Shown one piece after another: positions 46,236 to 56,623 of a stretch of DNA of 64,000 bases (its first letter is position 1; each line of letters begins with the position of its first letter). This DNA is from Candidatus Komeilibacteria bacterium. Its GTDB lineage: Bacteria > Patescibacteriota > Patescibacteriia > UBA1558. The stretch is taken from contig JBLYPW010000001.1 of NCBI GenBank assembly GCA_048538275.1, positions 212,919 through 276,918 of the forward strand, read 5' to 3'. The position numbers and the translations under genes are program-made. A model generated the notes under the pieces. It searched no databases and was not told the DNA's origin. It saw nothing but the letters and a program-made list of their open reading frames with translations.

Positions 46236-46865
46236 ATGGAAACAAAGATTTACAATCAGGCAGGTGAAGTGGTCAAATCAGTCAAGCTGATAGGGGAGAT
46301 ATTTTCTGTACCTGCGAAACCGACGGTGTTGCAGGAAGTGGTACGTATTTTGAATGCTCAGAGACGTCCGATTTTGGCCCATACTAAAGGACGTAGCGAT
46401 GTTCAAGGTGGCGGTCGCAAACCCTGGCGACAGAAAGGTACTGGTCGCGCCCGTCATGGATCCATTCGTTCACCTTTATGGCGTGGAGGTGGTATCACTT
46501 TTGGTCCTACTAAAGAACGTAATTTTACCTTACGACTCAATGATAAGGTAAAAAAAATGGCTTTGCGCATGGTATTGAGCAATAAGGCGATTACAGGACA
46601 TTTATTATTATTAGATAAAATTGAGTTATCGGCTGCTAAGAGCAAAGAACTGTCTGCAATATTAGATAAAGTAATGCCAGAAAAAGATAAGAAGGTAGTG
46701 ATTGCTTTAGCTAGTAAGGATGATAAATTAGTTAGAGCAGCTAAAAATGTGGTTGGCGTCAGCACTTTGCCGGCCAGTAGTTTAAATGTTTTGGATTTAT
46801 TGCGTAGCCAATATTTATTGATGACAGAGGATGCTTTAGCTATAGTGACAAAATTGTATAAATAA
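46236..46865 (+). CDS. rplD: 50S ribosomal protein uL4
   Basis: KPWRQKGTGRARHGS. Confidence 0.98.
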   Translation: METKIYNQAGEVVKSVKLIGEIFSVPAKPTVLQEVVRILNAQRRPILAHTKGRSDVQGGGRKPWRQKGTGRARHGSIRSPLWRGGGITFGPTKERNFTLRLNDKVKKMALRMVLSNKAITGHLLLLDKIELSAAKSKELSAILDKVMPEKDKKVVIALASKDDKLVRAAKNVVGVSTLPASSLNVLDLLRSQYLLMTEDALAIVTKLYK

Positions 46866-46869
46866 ACAT

Positions 46870-47346
46870 ATGAGTTTTTTAGATAAATTAAAAACTAAAA
46901 AAAATATAGAGGACAAGAAGCCAGTTAGTAAGCCGGCTCCTGCTCAGGATCAGAACGGCGAAGAGGCTACTGTAGCTGAGTTAAAGGCTGCGAAGGCTAA
47001 AGCAGCTGTAGAGGCGGGTAAGAGTGTTACTAAGAGTGCTCAGACAGCTAGTGGTGATACGGGTATGGCTTATAAATGGTTATTGCAGCCATTGATTACG
47101 GAAAAAGCTACTTTATTGGGGACGGAAAATAAATATGTGTTTATAGTCGCCGATGGTGCTAATAAAATTGAAATAAAAAAGGCCTTGAAAAAACTTTATG
47201 GCGTTGACGCTATCAAGATCAATATAGTAAATCGTCCAGGTAAGAAAGTACGTTATGGCAAGGTCACTGGTCGTACTAAGAAAGTTAAGAAGGCGATTGT
47301 TACTTTGGCCAAAGGTCAAAGTATAGAATTATACGAAGGTGTTTAA
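46870..47346 (+). CDS. rplW: 50S ribosomal protein uL23 (N-terminal extension)
   Basis: PLITEKA, ANKIEIKK, KKAIVTL. Confidence 0.95.
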   Translation: MSFLDKLKTKKNIEDKKPVSKPAPAQDQNGEEATVAELKAAKAKAAVEAGKSVTKSAQTASGDTGMAYKWLLQPLITEKATLLGTENKYVFIVADGANKIEIKKALKKLYGVDAIKINIVNRPGKKVRYGKVTGRTKKVKKAIVTLAKGQSIELYEGV

Positions 47347-47370
47347 ATATAGCTTATTTTATAGATAAAA

Positions 47371-48216
47371 ATGGCAATTAAGATTTACAAACCAACTACT
47401 CCTGGTCGCCGACAGACATCGGTCTTGGTTAATAGTGATTTGAGTAAAATTAAGCCTTTGAAAAAATTACGTCAGGTGAAAAAGAAAAAAGGTGGTCGTA
47501 ACAATCAGGGTAAAATCACCGTGCGTCATCAAGGTGGTGGCCACAAACGGTTTGTTCGTATTATTGATTTTAAGCAAGATAAGTATGACATTCCGGCTAA
47601 AGTAGAACGTTTGGAATATGATCCTAATAGAAATACCAGCATAGCTTTGTTATTATATGCCGATGGCGAACGTCGTTATATATTAGCAGCTGATGGCATG
47701 TCGGTTGGTGATAAGATTTTGAGTTCTAAAGAAAAGTTTTACACTGGTCATGGCAATCGTTTTCCTTTAGAGTTGATTCCTAGCGGTCAATCAGTTTATA
47801 ATATTGAATTACAGGTGAGTAGGGGCGGAAAAATTGTACGTAGTGCCGGCGCCACAGCTACTTTATTGGTAATTGAAGGTAAATTTGCCCAGTTACGTTT
47901 GCCCTCGGGTGAAGTGCGTAAAGTACCGAAAGAATGTATGGCCAGTATTGGACAGGTAGCTAATCAGGAATTTCGTAATATTCGTTGGGGCAAGGCGGGT
48001 AGGATGCGACACAAAGGCATTCGCCCCACTGTTCGTGGTAAAGTTATGAATCCAGTAGATCATCCTCATGGTGGTGGTGAGGCGCGTAATCCGATTGGTT
48101 TGAAGCATCCCAAGACTCCATGGGGTAAGCCAGCCTTGGGTGTCAAGACACGCCGAGCAAATAAAGCATCCAGCAAGTTGATTGTGCAGAGACGAAAAAA
48201 GAAACGTAGAAAATAG
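47371..48216 (+). CDS. rplB: 50S ribosomal protein uL2
   Basis: GRNNQGKIT, EYDPNR, MNPVDHPHGGG. Confidence 0.99.
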   Translation: MAIKIYKPTTPGRRQTSVLVNSDLSKIKPLKKLRQVKKKKGGRNNQGKITVRHQGGGHKRFVRIIDFKQDKYDIPAKVERLEYDPNRNTSIALLLYADGERRYILAADGMSVGDKILSSKEKFYTGHGNRFPLELIPSGQSVYNIELQVSRGGKIVRSAGATATLLVIEGKFAQLRLPSGEVRKVPKECMASIGQVANQEFRNIRWGKAGRMRHKGIRPTVRGKVMNPVDHPHGGGEARNPIGLKHPKTPWGKPALGVKTRRANKASSKLIVQRRKKKRRK

Positions 48217-48243
48217 TTTAGTTATCTTATTAAATATTATTTT

Positions 48244-48525
48244 ATGTCAAGAAGTTTAAAAAAAGGACCATATGTAGACGCTAAATTACTCAAGAAATTG
48301 AGCAAAGTTAAGCCTGGTGATAAAACAATGATCAAAACCTGGGCACGTCATAGCACCATTACGCCAGAAATGGTTGGACACACTATTCATGTTCATAATG
48401 GTCGCCAACATCTGCCAGTATTTATAGTAGAAAATATGGTTGGTCATAAATTAGGAGAATTTGCCCCTACTCGCAAATTTATTTCTCACGGGGGTAAAAT
48501 GGCTAAAGAACAAGCCAAAGGTTAA
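48244..48525 (+). CDS. rpsS: 30S ribosomal protein uS19
   Basis: [21 protein letters not shown]. Confidence 0.99.
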   Translation: MSRSLKKGPYVDAKLLKKLSKVKPGDKTMIKTWARHSTITPEMVGHTIHVHNGRQHLPVFIVENMVGHKLGEFAPTRKFISHGGKMAKEQAKG

Positions 48526-48534
48526 TAAAAATAT

Positions 48535-49086
48535 ATGGAGACAGTGAAAACAACAGTCAAATATTTACGATTATCACCCAGCAAGACGCGTTTGGTGATT
48601 GGACCTTTGCGGGGTTTGAAATTGAGTGTTGCTTTGGATAATTTAAAATTTCAAATAAAAAAGCCCAGTTTAGCAGTAGCTAAATTATTAGAAACCGCGA
48701 AAGCTAATGCGGTCCATAATCATAATTTAGGAGAAGATAGTTTGATTGTTAAAGAAATTGTAGCTGACGCTGGTCCAGTATTAAAGCGATGGATGCCAAA
48801 AGCGCATGGCCGTGCTGACATGATTCGTAAACCAATGACTCATATTACTGTGACTTTAGCCGGCAAGATAGTTAAGGGCGCTAAAAAAGATATTACCAAG
48901 AAAACAGAAGCTACAATTGAGCCAGGTCAAGAGGATAAGCAGGCTGTTCAATCGTTAGATAAGAATAGCCAAAAAGTAAATAAAGGACGCATTGGCAAAA
49001 CTAAGCATAATAATAAATCAAGGATTAGCAAGCAACAGCCGGCGCGAGCCAAACAAATTTTAAGTAAAACTAAAGGAGATAAGTAA
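48535..49086 (+). CDS. rplV: 50S ribosomal protein uL22 (basic C-terminal extension)
   Basis: RLSPSKTRLV, GPVLKRWMPKAHGRA. Confidence 0.96.
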   Translation: METVKTTVKYLRLSPSKTRLVIGPLRGLKLSVALDNLKFQIKKPSLAVAKLLETAKANAVHNHNLGEDSLIVKEIVADAGPVLKRWMPKAHGRADMIRKPMTHITVTLAGKIVKGAKKDITKKTEATIEPGQEDKQAVQSLDKNSQKVNKGRIGKTKHNNKSRISKQQPARAKQILSKTKGDK

Positions 49087-49087
49087 T

Positions 49088-49747
49088 ATGGGTCAAAAAG
49101 TAAATCCAAAAGCATTACGACTCGGCATTACGCAAACCTGGACATCAAAGTGGTTTGCCCGCAAAGATTTTGCCGCGTTTCTGCAGCAGGATATTAAAAT
49201 TCGTAAATACTTGTTGAATAAATTACGCGAAAGCGGTATTGATAAAATTGAAATTTCCCGCAATGGTAAGGAATTGACCTTAGATATTACAGCTGCTAAA
49301 CCGGGTTTGATTATTGGTCGTGGCGGCATGGGTATAGAAGAAATCAAAAAGGATTTACAAGATAATGTGTTACCCAATAAAGCTATTGTCAAGATCAATA
49401 TCAAGGAAGTGAAAGATCCTAATTTGTCAGCCGCGGTTGTTTTACAAAATATGGCTTTTGATTTAGAAAAGCGTATCCCTTTTCGCCGTATTGGCAAACA
49501 GGCAATTGATAAAGTGATGCAAGCCGGCGCCGAGGGCGTCAAAATAGCTATGGCTGGGCGTTTGAATGGTGCGGAAATTGCTCGGACAGAAATGTTTACT
49601 GAGGGTAAAATCCCCTTACATACTTTACGGGCAGATATAGATTATAGCCGCGGCCATGCTCAGACAACTTATGGTAAGATAGGTCTTAAAGTCTGGATTT
49701 ATAAAGGAGAAATTTTTAATAAAGATAAAGAGAGCGAGGAGAAATAA
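49088..49747 (+). CDS. rpsC: 30S ribosomal protein uS3
   Basis: MGQKVNP, GRLNGAEIAR, PLHTLRADIDY. Confidence 0.99.
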   Translation: MGQKVNPKALRLGITQTWTSKWFARKDFAAFLQQDIKIRKYLLNKLRESGIDKIEISRNGKELTLDITAAKPGLIIGRGGMGIEEIKKDLQDNVLPNKAIVKINIKEVKDPNLSAAVVLQNMAFDLEKRIPFRRIGKQAIDKVMQAGAEGVKIAMAGRLNGAEIARTEMFTEGKIPLHTLRADIDYSRGHAQTTYGKIGLKVWIYKGEIFNKDKESEEK

Positions 49748-49750
49748 TGT

Positions 49751-50167
49751 ATGTTAGCTCCTAAGAAAGTAAAACATAGAAAGTGGCATCGAGGCGATCA
49801 GATCAAGGGTCGTGCTACTCGTATGTATACAGTCGCTTTTGGCGAATACGGTTTGAAGTCTATTAGTAAGGGCTGGGTTACTTCCCGCCAAATTGAAGCA
49901 GCTCGTAGAGTCATGACCAGATATTTGCAACGTGGTGGTAAAGTATGGATTAGGATTTTTCCCGATAAATCTATTACCCAAAAAGGTAGTGAAGTACCGA
50001 TGGGCAGCGGTAAGGGAGCGGTGGATCATTATGTCGCCGTGGTTAAGCCCGGTACGGTAATGTTTGAAATTGGTGGTGTAAAAGCAGAAGACGCCTACCA
50101 GGCAATGAAATTAGCTAGTTACAAACTACCAGTTAAGACTAAGATTGTTACTCGTATCAATAAATAA
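49751..50167 (+). CDS. rplP: 50S ribosomal protein uL16
   Basis: RQIEAAR, WIRIFPD, MGSGKG. Confidence 0.99.
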   Translation: MLAPKKVKHRKWHRGDQIKGRATRMYTVAFGEYGLKSISKGWVTSRQIEAARRVMTRYLQRGGKVWIRIFPDKSITQKGSEVPMGSGKGAVDHYVAVVKPGTVMFEIGGVKAEDAYQAMKLASYKLPVKTKIVTRINK

Positions 50168-50168
50168 T

Positions 50169-50372
50169 ATGGAAAGTAAAGATTTAAGAAAAAAAAGTTT
50201 AAAAGAATTACAGCAATTATTAGCCACGACCAGAGAAAAAGTTCGTGAATTACGTTTTTCGGTTAGTAATAAGCAATTGAAGAATATTCGTGAAATTAGA
50301 ACCAAAAAGGTTGAGATTGCTCGTATTTTGACCATTATTAAGGAAAAGAATAATATAGTAAAGGAAAAATAA
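50169..50372 (+). CDS. rpmC: 50S ribosomal protein uL29
   Basis: DLRKKS..EL..LRF..IARILT; position. Confidence 0.93.
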   Translation: MESKDLRKKSLKELQQLLATTREKVRELRFSVSNKQLKNIREIRTKKVEIARILTIIKEKNNIVKEK

Positions 50373-50373
50373 T

Positions 50374-50634
50374 ATGGCAGCAGATAATCAAAATATAAAA
50401 ATTATACGGCGTGGACAAGGACAGATAATGTCCACCAAGATGCAGGAAACAGCTATTGTGACTGTGGTCACTCACAAGGTACACGCAAAGTATAAAAAAA
50501 ATTATAAGGTAACAAAAAAAATGGCTTGCCATAATCCGAAAAATAAGTATAAAGTGGGTGATGTCATTATTTTTGAGGAGTGCCGCCCATTGTCCAAGAC
50601 TAAGCGGTGGCGTATTATCAAGAAGGTAAAGTAA
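50374..50634 (+). CDS. rpsQ: 30S ribosomal protein uS17
   Basis: [17 protein letters not shown]. Confidence 0.97.
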   Translation: MAADNQNIKIIRRGQGQIMSTKMQETAIVTVVTHKVHAKYKKNYKVTKKMACHNPKNKYKVGDVIIFEECRPLSKTKRWRIIKKVK

Positions 50635-50635
50635 T

Positions 50636-51007
50636 ATGATTCAAGCAGAGTCAAAATTAAAAGTAGCGGATAATTCAGGCGCCAAGCTGTTGAAGGTTAT
50701 TCAAGTCCAGAAAGGTTTTAAGCGTCGTTATGCTCGAGTCGCTGATTTGGTGACCGCTACGGTAAAAATCGCACAACCACATTCTTTGGTGAAGAAAGGA
50801 GATGTAGTGGTAGCTGTTATTGTTCGTCAGCGAAAAGAGATTCGTCGTGCAGATGGTACATATGTTCGTTGGGATGAAAACGCAGCTGTTATTATAGACA
50901 AAAAAACCAAGGATCCTAAAGGTAGTCGTGTGTTTGGTCCGGTAGCCAGAGAATTAAAAGCGGCCGGTTTTAATAAAATTGTATCTTTGGCCCCAGAGGT
51001 CTTATAA
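50636..51007 (+). CDS. rplN: 50S ribosomal protein uL14
   Basis: [23 protein letters not shown]. Confidence 0.99.
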   Translation: MIQAESKLKVADNSGAKLLKVIQVQKGFKRRYARVADLVTATVKIAQPHSLVKKGDVVVAVIVRQRKEIRRADGTYVRWDENAAVIIDKKTKDPKGSRVFGPVARELKAAGFNKIVSLAPEVL

Positions 51008-51018
51008 GGAAAATATTT

Positions 51019-51327
51019 ATGTATATCAAAAAAGGAGATAATGTGCAGATAATTGCCGGCAAGGACAAAGGTAAGCATGGTAAGGTTTTGAAGGTGATGC
51101 CTGAGCAAGACAAAGTTGTGGTGGAAGGACTAAATATTCGTATTCGTCATAGCAGACCGCGTCGGGAAGGTGAAAAGGGGCAAAAATTAGAATTCCCTGC
51201 ACCAATTCACGTTTCCAATGTGATGTTATTGGAATCACGTACTGGCAAACCCACCCGCATTGGGTATAAAAAATTGGAAGATGGTAAAAAAATAAGAACT
51301 TCTAAACGTACGGGAGAGGAAATATAA
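51019..51327 (+). CDS. rplX: 50S ribosomal protein uL24
   Basis: IKKGD.V.IIAGKDKGK, PIHVSNV. Confidence 0.98.
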   Translation: MYIKKGDNVQIIAGKDKGKHGKVLKVMPEQDKVVVEGLNIRIRHSRPRREGEKGQKLEFPAPIHVSNVMLLESRTGKPTRIGYKKLEDGKKIRTSKRTGEEI

Positions 51328-51331
51328 ATAT

Positions 51332-51886
51332 ATGGAGTTATTGCAAGAAAAATATAAAAAGACAGTGAGTGAGCAGATGGCTGCTAAGTTTAAGCTTACT
51401 AATAAGATGGCTATCCCCAGGTTGCTAAAAGTAACTGTTAATGTTGGTGTAGGTAAAGGCTTGAAAGATCCTAAATTCAATGAATTGGTAGAAAACACTC
51501 TGCAACGGATTACCGGTCAAAAACCGCAAACCACTAGAGCGCGCAAGTCAATTGCTGCTTTTAAGATTCGTGATGGTGCGGTAGTGGGATATAAAGTGAC
51601 CTTACGAGGAAAACGCATGTACGATTTTTTGAACAAAATAGTACATATTGCTTTACCTAGAGTACGAGATTTTCATGGTTTAGATCCCAATAAAAATTTG
51701 GATGAACAGGGTAATTTAACTATAGGTTTTAGAGAACACAATGTATTTCCGGAGATCAAGTCTGATGAAGTGGAGCGTTTACATGGTATGGAAGTATCGG
51801 TGACTGTTAATGCTGGCAGTCGGGAATCAGGTTTGGCATTATTCCGTTTGTTAGGCTTTCCATTTAAATCAAATGATAAAAAATAA
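51332..51886 (+). CDS. rplE: 50S ribosomal protein uL5
   Basis: ITGQKP, FKIRDG, KVTLRG, LPRVRDF. Confidence 0.99.
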   Translation: MELLQEKYKKTVSEQMAAKFKLTNKMAIPRLLKVTVNVGVGKGLKDPKFNELVENTLQRITGQKPQTTRARKSIAAFKIRDGAVVGYKVTLRGKRMYDFLNKIVHIALPRVRDFHGLDPNKNLDEQGNLTIGFREHNVFPEIKSDEVERLHGMEVSVTVNAGSRESGLALFRLLGFPFKSNDKK

Positions 51887-51900
51887 TTTTTAGAATTACC

Positions 51901-52086
51901 ATGGCTATTAAATCAGAAATTGCCAAAGCAAATAAAAAACCAAAATACTCCACACGAAAAACTCATCGTTGTTGGCGCTGTGGTCGACGTCGCGCCTATA
52001 TTAGAGATTTTAAATTGTGCCGCATCTGTTTTCGTGAGTTAGCCACCAAAGGAGAAATTCCCGGTGTCCGTAAATCAAGTTGGTAA
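51901..52086 (+). CDS. rpsN: 30S ribosomal protein uS14 (Zn type)
   Basis: [24 protein letters not shown]. Confidence 0.98.
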   Translation: MAIKSEIAKANKKPKYSTRKTHRCWRCGRRRAYIRDFKLCRICFRELATKGEIPGVRKSSW

Positions 52087-52123
52087 TATATTTTTAAAGG
52101 TTAAAATTTAAGAAATTATAAAT

Positions 52124-52519
52124 ATGACAGTAACTGATCCCATTGCAGACATGCTAACTCGTTTACGTAACGGGTTGGCGGTGAAAAAGGAAGAGGTAGT
52201 TGTACCTTGGTCCAAGCTTAAATATGGCATTTTGCAAATTTTAGTAAAAGAAGGATACTTGGACGATGTGCAAGTGAGTGAGCGCAATGGTTTTAAGGTG
52301 TTATTGGTAAATTTAAAATACGATAAACGCCAACCCGTTATCAAGCACATAAAACGTTTATCTAGGCCTAGTCGTCGTTGGTATGTGAAGGGTAATAATA
52401 TACCTTATATTTTGAATGGGTTGGGTATGGCAATTTTGTCTACCTCCAAGGGTTTGAAGACAGATTTGCAAGCTCGCCGAGCCAAGATTGGCGGAGAATT
52501 AATTTGTGAAATTTGGTAA
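52124..52519 (+). CDS. rpsH: 30S ribosomal protein uS8
   Basis: DPIADMLTRLRN, STSKG, GGELIC. Confidence 0.98.
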   Translation: MTVTDPIADMLTRLRNGLAVKKEEVVVPWSKLKYGILQILVKEGYLDDVQVSERNGFKVLLVNLKYDKRQPVIKHIKRLSRPSRRWYVKGNNIPYILNGLGMAILSTSKGLKTDLQARRAKIGGELICEIW

Positions 52520-52520
52520 T

Positions 52521-53069
52521 ATGTCTAGAGTAGGAAAACAACCAATTATTATACCAGAGAAAGTTAGTATCAAGATTGATGGTAATCAAGTTATGGTTAA
52601 GGGTCCCAAAGGGGAGCTAAGTATGTTAGTGGCGCCTCATGTTACGATTACTTTATCTGATAAAGAGGCAGTTGTGCATATAGAAAATGAGGATAATAAG
52701 AAGCAGCGCGCTTTATGGGGCACGACTCGTAGCAATCTACAAAATTTAGTTAGTGGTGTGAGTGAGGGATTTAGTAAACAGCTGGAGATTAATGGCGTTG
52801 GTTATAAAGCGGCAGTACAAGGTAAAAAATTAGTGCTCAATGTAGGTTATTCTCATCCGGTGGAATATGATGCTCCCGCGGGCATAGAATTTGCTGTAGA
52901 AAAGAACATTATTAGTATTTCCGGTATTGATAAGCAATTATTAGGCAAAGTAGCCGCTGAAATTAGGGCGGTGCGCAAACCTGAACCATATAAAGGTAAA
53001 GGTATTAAATATATTGATGAGGTCATCAGGCGTAAAGCCGGTAAGATGGCTAAAGGAGCGGAAAAATAA
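52521..53069 (+). CDS. rplF: 50S ribosomal protein uL6
   Basis: MSRVGKQPI, GVGYKA, PEPYKGKGI. Confidence 0.99.
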   Translation: MSRVGKQPIIIPEKVSIKIDGNQVMVKGPKGELSMLVAPHVTITLSDKEAVVHIENEDNKKQRALWGTTRSNLQNLVSGVSEGFSKQLEINGVGYKAAVQGKKLVLNVGYSHPVEYDAPAGIEFAVEKNIISISGIDKQLLGKVAAEIRAVRKPEPYKGKGIKYIDEVIRRKAGKMAKGAEK

Positions 53070-53425
53070 TGGCTAAAACTAAATTTAAAAAATTAGTAAA
53101 TAAGACTAGACGACAGCAACGAGTGCGTAGTAAATTACAAGGCACGGCCCAGCGACCGCGTTTGAGCATTCATCGCAGTTTGCGCTATATGAGCGCGCAA
53201 GCCATTGATGATACGCAAAACAAGACTTTGGTTGGCTTATATGAGAGTAATCTAAAATTGTCTGGTGATAAAATAAAGCGCGCGCAAGCCTTTGCTGAAA
53301 AATTGGCTGAGGTCTTGGCGAGTAAAGGTATAAAAAAGATCATTTTTGATAAAGGTCCCTATCAATATCATGGCCGAGTAAAGGCGGTAGCTGACGGTTT
53401 GCGCTCAGCGGGTATTGAGTTTTAA
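53069..53425 (+). CDS. rplR: 50S ribosomal protein uL18
   Basis: RPRLSIHRS, FDKGPYQYHGRVKA. Confidence 0.97.
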   Translation: MAKTKFKKLVNKTRRQQRVRSKLQGTAQRPRLSIHRSLRYMSAQAIDDTQNKTLVGLYESNLKLSGDKIKRAQAFAEKLAEVLASKGIKKIIFDKGPYQYHGRVKAVADGLRSAGIEF

Positions 53426-53444
53426 TAGAAGCTAATTTGTAATT

Positions 53445-53999
53445 ATGGCAAATAAGAACGTAAAAAGAGGAAATAAAAGAAATCGTCGTGAACGTGATGA
53501 GTTTGATCAGCGTATTATTGATTTAGCTCGCGTTACACGTGTGATGGCTGGTGGTAAGCGTTTGCGCTTCAGGGCCTGTGTAGTGGTGGGCGATCATAAA
53601 GGTAAGCTAGGTTATGGCGTGGCCAAAGGAGCGGATGTGACTTTAGCCGTTACTAAGGCTGTTAATCACGCTAAGAAGCATTTATTAAATATAGATATTT
53701 CTACTGGCAGTATTCCTCATCAGGTCATGCAAAAATATAAAGCGGCTCAAGTAATGTTACGCCCAGCACCAGTGGGTACTGGTATCGTAGCTGGCGGTGC
53801 AGTGCGCTCAGTATTAGAATTATCTGGCATAAAAAATATTTCGGCTAAGATTTTTGGCTCCAATAATAAAGTAAACAATGTGAAGGCGACTTTTATTGCT
53901 TTAGAAAATTTGATTTATAGGGAAAAACAGGAACAGCCAGCTTCACAAGCTGATATCCCTGAAAAAGATAATAAAGTGTCGGATAAGCAAACTAAATAA
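53445..53999 (+). CDS. rpsE: 30S ribosomal protein uS5
   Basis: RVTRVMAGGKR, PAPVGTGIVAGG. Confidence 0.98.
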   Translation: MANKNVKRGNKRNRRERDEFDQRIIDLARVTRVMAGGKRLRFRACVVVGDHKGKLGYGVAKGADVTLAVTKAVNHAKKHLLNIDISTGSIPHQVMQKYKAAQVMLRPAPVGTGIVAGGAVRSVLELSGIKNISAKIFGSNNKVNNVKATFIALENLIYREKQEQPASQADIPEKDNKVSDKQTK

Positions 54000-54007
54000 G
54001 AAAATTT

Positions 54008-54544
54008 ATGGCTACAGATTTATTAGGTTTAAATAATTTGCCCAAGAATCCCGGGACCAAGAAGAATAAAATTCGTCGTGGACGTGGTAATGCCTCTGGA
54101 GGTAATTATTCTGGTAGGGGTATGAAAGGGCAACGGGCTCGTTCTGGTGGTAGAGTTGGTTTGAAAGCGAGGAGTTTTCGTAATTATTTATTACGCATTC
54201 CTAAACATCGTGGTTTTAAAAGTGGTCGCCCAGCTAATATTCCAGTTAATTTAGCTGATTTAGAGAAATATTATCAGGAGAATGAAGTGGTATCATTACG
54301 GAGTCTTGTGAAAAAAGGTTTAGTGCCTGCCAGTAGTCAAAATATCAAAATATTAGGCAATGGTAAAATTAATAAGCCTTTGCAAATCAAGTTAAATAAC
54401 TTATCAGCTAGCGCAAAAGATGCTATTATAAAGGCAGGAGGCAAGATTTTAGAACAAGTTCAGTCAGCGGATGCTAAAACCAAGTCTATTGGTAAGAAAA
54501 AAGTAGAGGATAAGTCAAATAAAAACGCCAAAGACAAATCCTAA
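54008..54544 (+). CDS. rplO: 50S ribosomal protein uL15
   Basis: RGRGNASG..GRGMKGQRARSG, KILGNG. Confidence 0.97.
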   Translation: MATDLLGLNNLPKNPGTKKNKIRRGRGNASGGNYSGRGMKGQRARSGGRVGLKARSFRNYLLRIPKHRGFKSGRPANIPVNLADLEKYYQENEVVSLRSLVKKGLVPASSQNIKILGNGKINKPLQIKLNNLSASAKDAIIKAGGKILEQVQSADAKTKSIGKKKVEDKSNKNAKDKS

Positions 54545-54548
54545 AATT

Positions 54549-55826
54549 ATGTGGAATAAGATAGTACAAATTTGGAAAACCAAGGATATCCGTAAAGATA
54601 TCCTGTTTGTCTTTGCTATGTTAGTAGTTTTTCGTATCGCTGCTCATATTCCTATACCGGGTATTGACAGCACCGGTTTAAAAGATTTGTTGAGTTCTAA
54701 TCAGATTCTTGGTTTATTAAATATTTTTTCTGGCGGTGGGCTGGAGAATTTTTCTGTGGTAATGATTGGCATCGCTCCATATATCACCGCTTCCATTATT
54801 TTGCAGTTGTTGACCATGATCGTGCCCGCTTTAGAACGTTTATCAAAGGAAGGCGAACAGGGTAGAAATAAAATCAATAAATATACTCGGTGGTTGACAG
54901 TGCCACTGGCTGCCTTACAAGCTTATGGTTTTATTACTATTTTACAGCGCCAAGCGCAAATTGATATTTTGGGAAATTTAACTACTCCCCAATTATTACA
55001 AGCCATTTTAACAATCGTAGCCGGCACGGTATTTTTAATGTGGATCGGAGAGCTGATTTCCGAACGCCGGGTCGGTAATGGCATATCTTTATTGATTTTT
55101 GCTGGCATTGTAGCTAATTTGCCATCTTCTTTGCAAAAAACTTTAGCAGTATTTGATCCTTCACAGCTATTTAATATGCTTCTTTTTATAGTTATTGCTG
55201 TCATTACTATTGTGGTGATTGTTATTATTACTGAGGGACAACGCAATGTTCCGGTAAATTATGCTCGGCAGATACGTGGACATAGAGTTTATGGTGGATC
55301 TTCCACTCATTTGCCATTGCGTGTGAATATGGCAGGTGTTATTCCCATTATTTTTGCTATTTCTATAGTATTATTTCCACCCATGATTGCTCAGTTTTTT
55401 GTGAATGCTCATACGACTTGGATTGCAAGTGGGGCTAGCTTTATTATTAATTTATTCCAAAACCAACTATTTTATGGTATTTTCTATTTTGTATTAGTGG
55501 TAGCTTTTACTTATTTTTACACTTTTATTGTTTTCCACCCCCAGCAATTAGCTGAAAATTTGCAAAAACAAGGAGCTTTTGTACCTGGCATTCGTCCTGG
55601 TCGTCATACAGAAATTTATATTCGTAATATTGTAAGTAGAATAATTTTAGCCGGAGCATTATTTTTAGGTGTTGTGGCCATTTTACCAATTATTGTTCAG
55701 CCTATAACTGGTATCAATACCATGGTGATCGGCGGCACTAGTTTGCTTATCGTGGTTGCGGTAGTCATAGAATCAATGAAACAAATAGATTCTCAGTTGG
55801 TCATGCGTGATTACGAAGGTTTTTAA
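54549..55826 (+). CDS. secY: Preprotein translocase SecY
   Basis: GIAPYITASII, GNGISLLIFAGI, FVPGIRPG, GGTSLLIVV. Confidence 0.99.
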   Translation: MWNKIVQIWKTKDIRKDILFVFAMLVVFRIAAHIPIPGIDSTGLKDLLSSNQILGLLNIFSGGGLENFSVVMIGIAPYITASIILQLLTMIVPALERLSKEGEQGRNKINKYTRWLTVPLAALQAYGFITILQRQAQIDILGNLTTPQLLQAILTIVAGTVFLMWIGELISERRVGNGISLLIFAGIVANLPSSLQKTLAVFDPSQLFNMLLFIVIAVITIVVIVIITEGQRNVPVNYARQIRGHRVYGGSSTHLPLRVNMAGVIPIIFAISIVLFPPMIAQFFVNAHTTWIASGASFIINLFQNQLFYGIFYFVLVVAFTYFYTFIVFHPQQLAENLQKQGAFVPGIRPGRHTEIYIRNIVSRIILAGALFLGVVAILPIIVQPITGINTMVIGGTSLLIVVAVVIESMKQIDSQLVMRDYEGF

Positions 55827-55990
55827 TAATTATTGATTTATTTTGTTTTATTGGTAATCCGTGCTAGGCACGGATTTTTGATGAAAAATTTCGCTAATAT
55901 TAGGTTTTTTTATATTTATATCCTTAATAACAAATTAGTGTCAATTAGTAATTTCTGTTAAAATAGTAATATTCATTGATATTATAAATT

Positions 55991-56623
55991 ATGAAAAAAA
56001 TTATTATCATGGGGCCGCCTGGCTCAGGCAAGGGTACTCAAGCTGAAAAATTAGCACAATATTTTAATATCCTACATATTTCAACGGGAGAAATTTTTCG
56101 TGATGCTTTGCAAGCTGGCACTGCATTAGGTAAACGTATTGATAAGGTCATGCGGTCGGGGCAGTTGGTAGATGACAACACGACCAATCAAATAGTAGCT
56201 GAAAGGTTAGAGCAAGGTGATGTCCAGCAAGGCTATGTTTTAGATGGTTATCCTCGCAATATTAATCAGGCTGTGGCTTTGGCCAGATATGGTCAAATAG
56301 ATTTAGCTATTGATTTGCGGGTGCGTGATACCGTGGTAATGAAGCGCTTGGCATCCCGCAGACATTGTGAAAAATGTGGTCGCAAGTATAATTTATTGAT
56401 AGATAAACCTCAGCAGGAAAATATTTGTGATGATTGCGGGGGCAATCTTATTTTACGGGTGGATTCACAGCCAGAAGTCATTGCTGAGCGTTTGGTTGTA
56501 TATCATGTCAACAATGATCCCTTAGTTAAATATTACGAACAGCAGGGTTTGCTTTTAATTATTGATGGCGAGCCGGATATTGATACGGTGTGGCAGAATA
56601 TTAAAAAATCTATAAATTTATGA
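55991..56623 (+). CDS. adk: Adenylate kinase (Zn lid)
   Basis: GPPGSGKGTQ, LDGYPR, CEKC..CDDC. Confidence 0.96.
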   Translation: MKKIIIMGPPGSGKGTQAEKLAQYFNILHISTGEIFRDALQAGTALGKRIDKVMRSGQLVDDNTTNQIVAERLEQGDVQQGYVLDGYPRNINQAVALARYGQIDLAIDLRVRDTVVMKRLASRRHCEKCGRKYNLLIDKPQQENICDDCGGNLILRVDSQPEVIAERLVVYHVNNDPLVKYYEQQGLLLIIDGEPDIDTVWQNIKKSINL

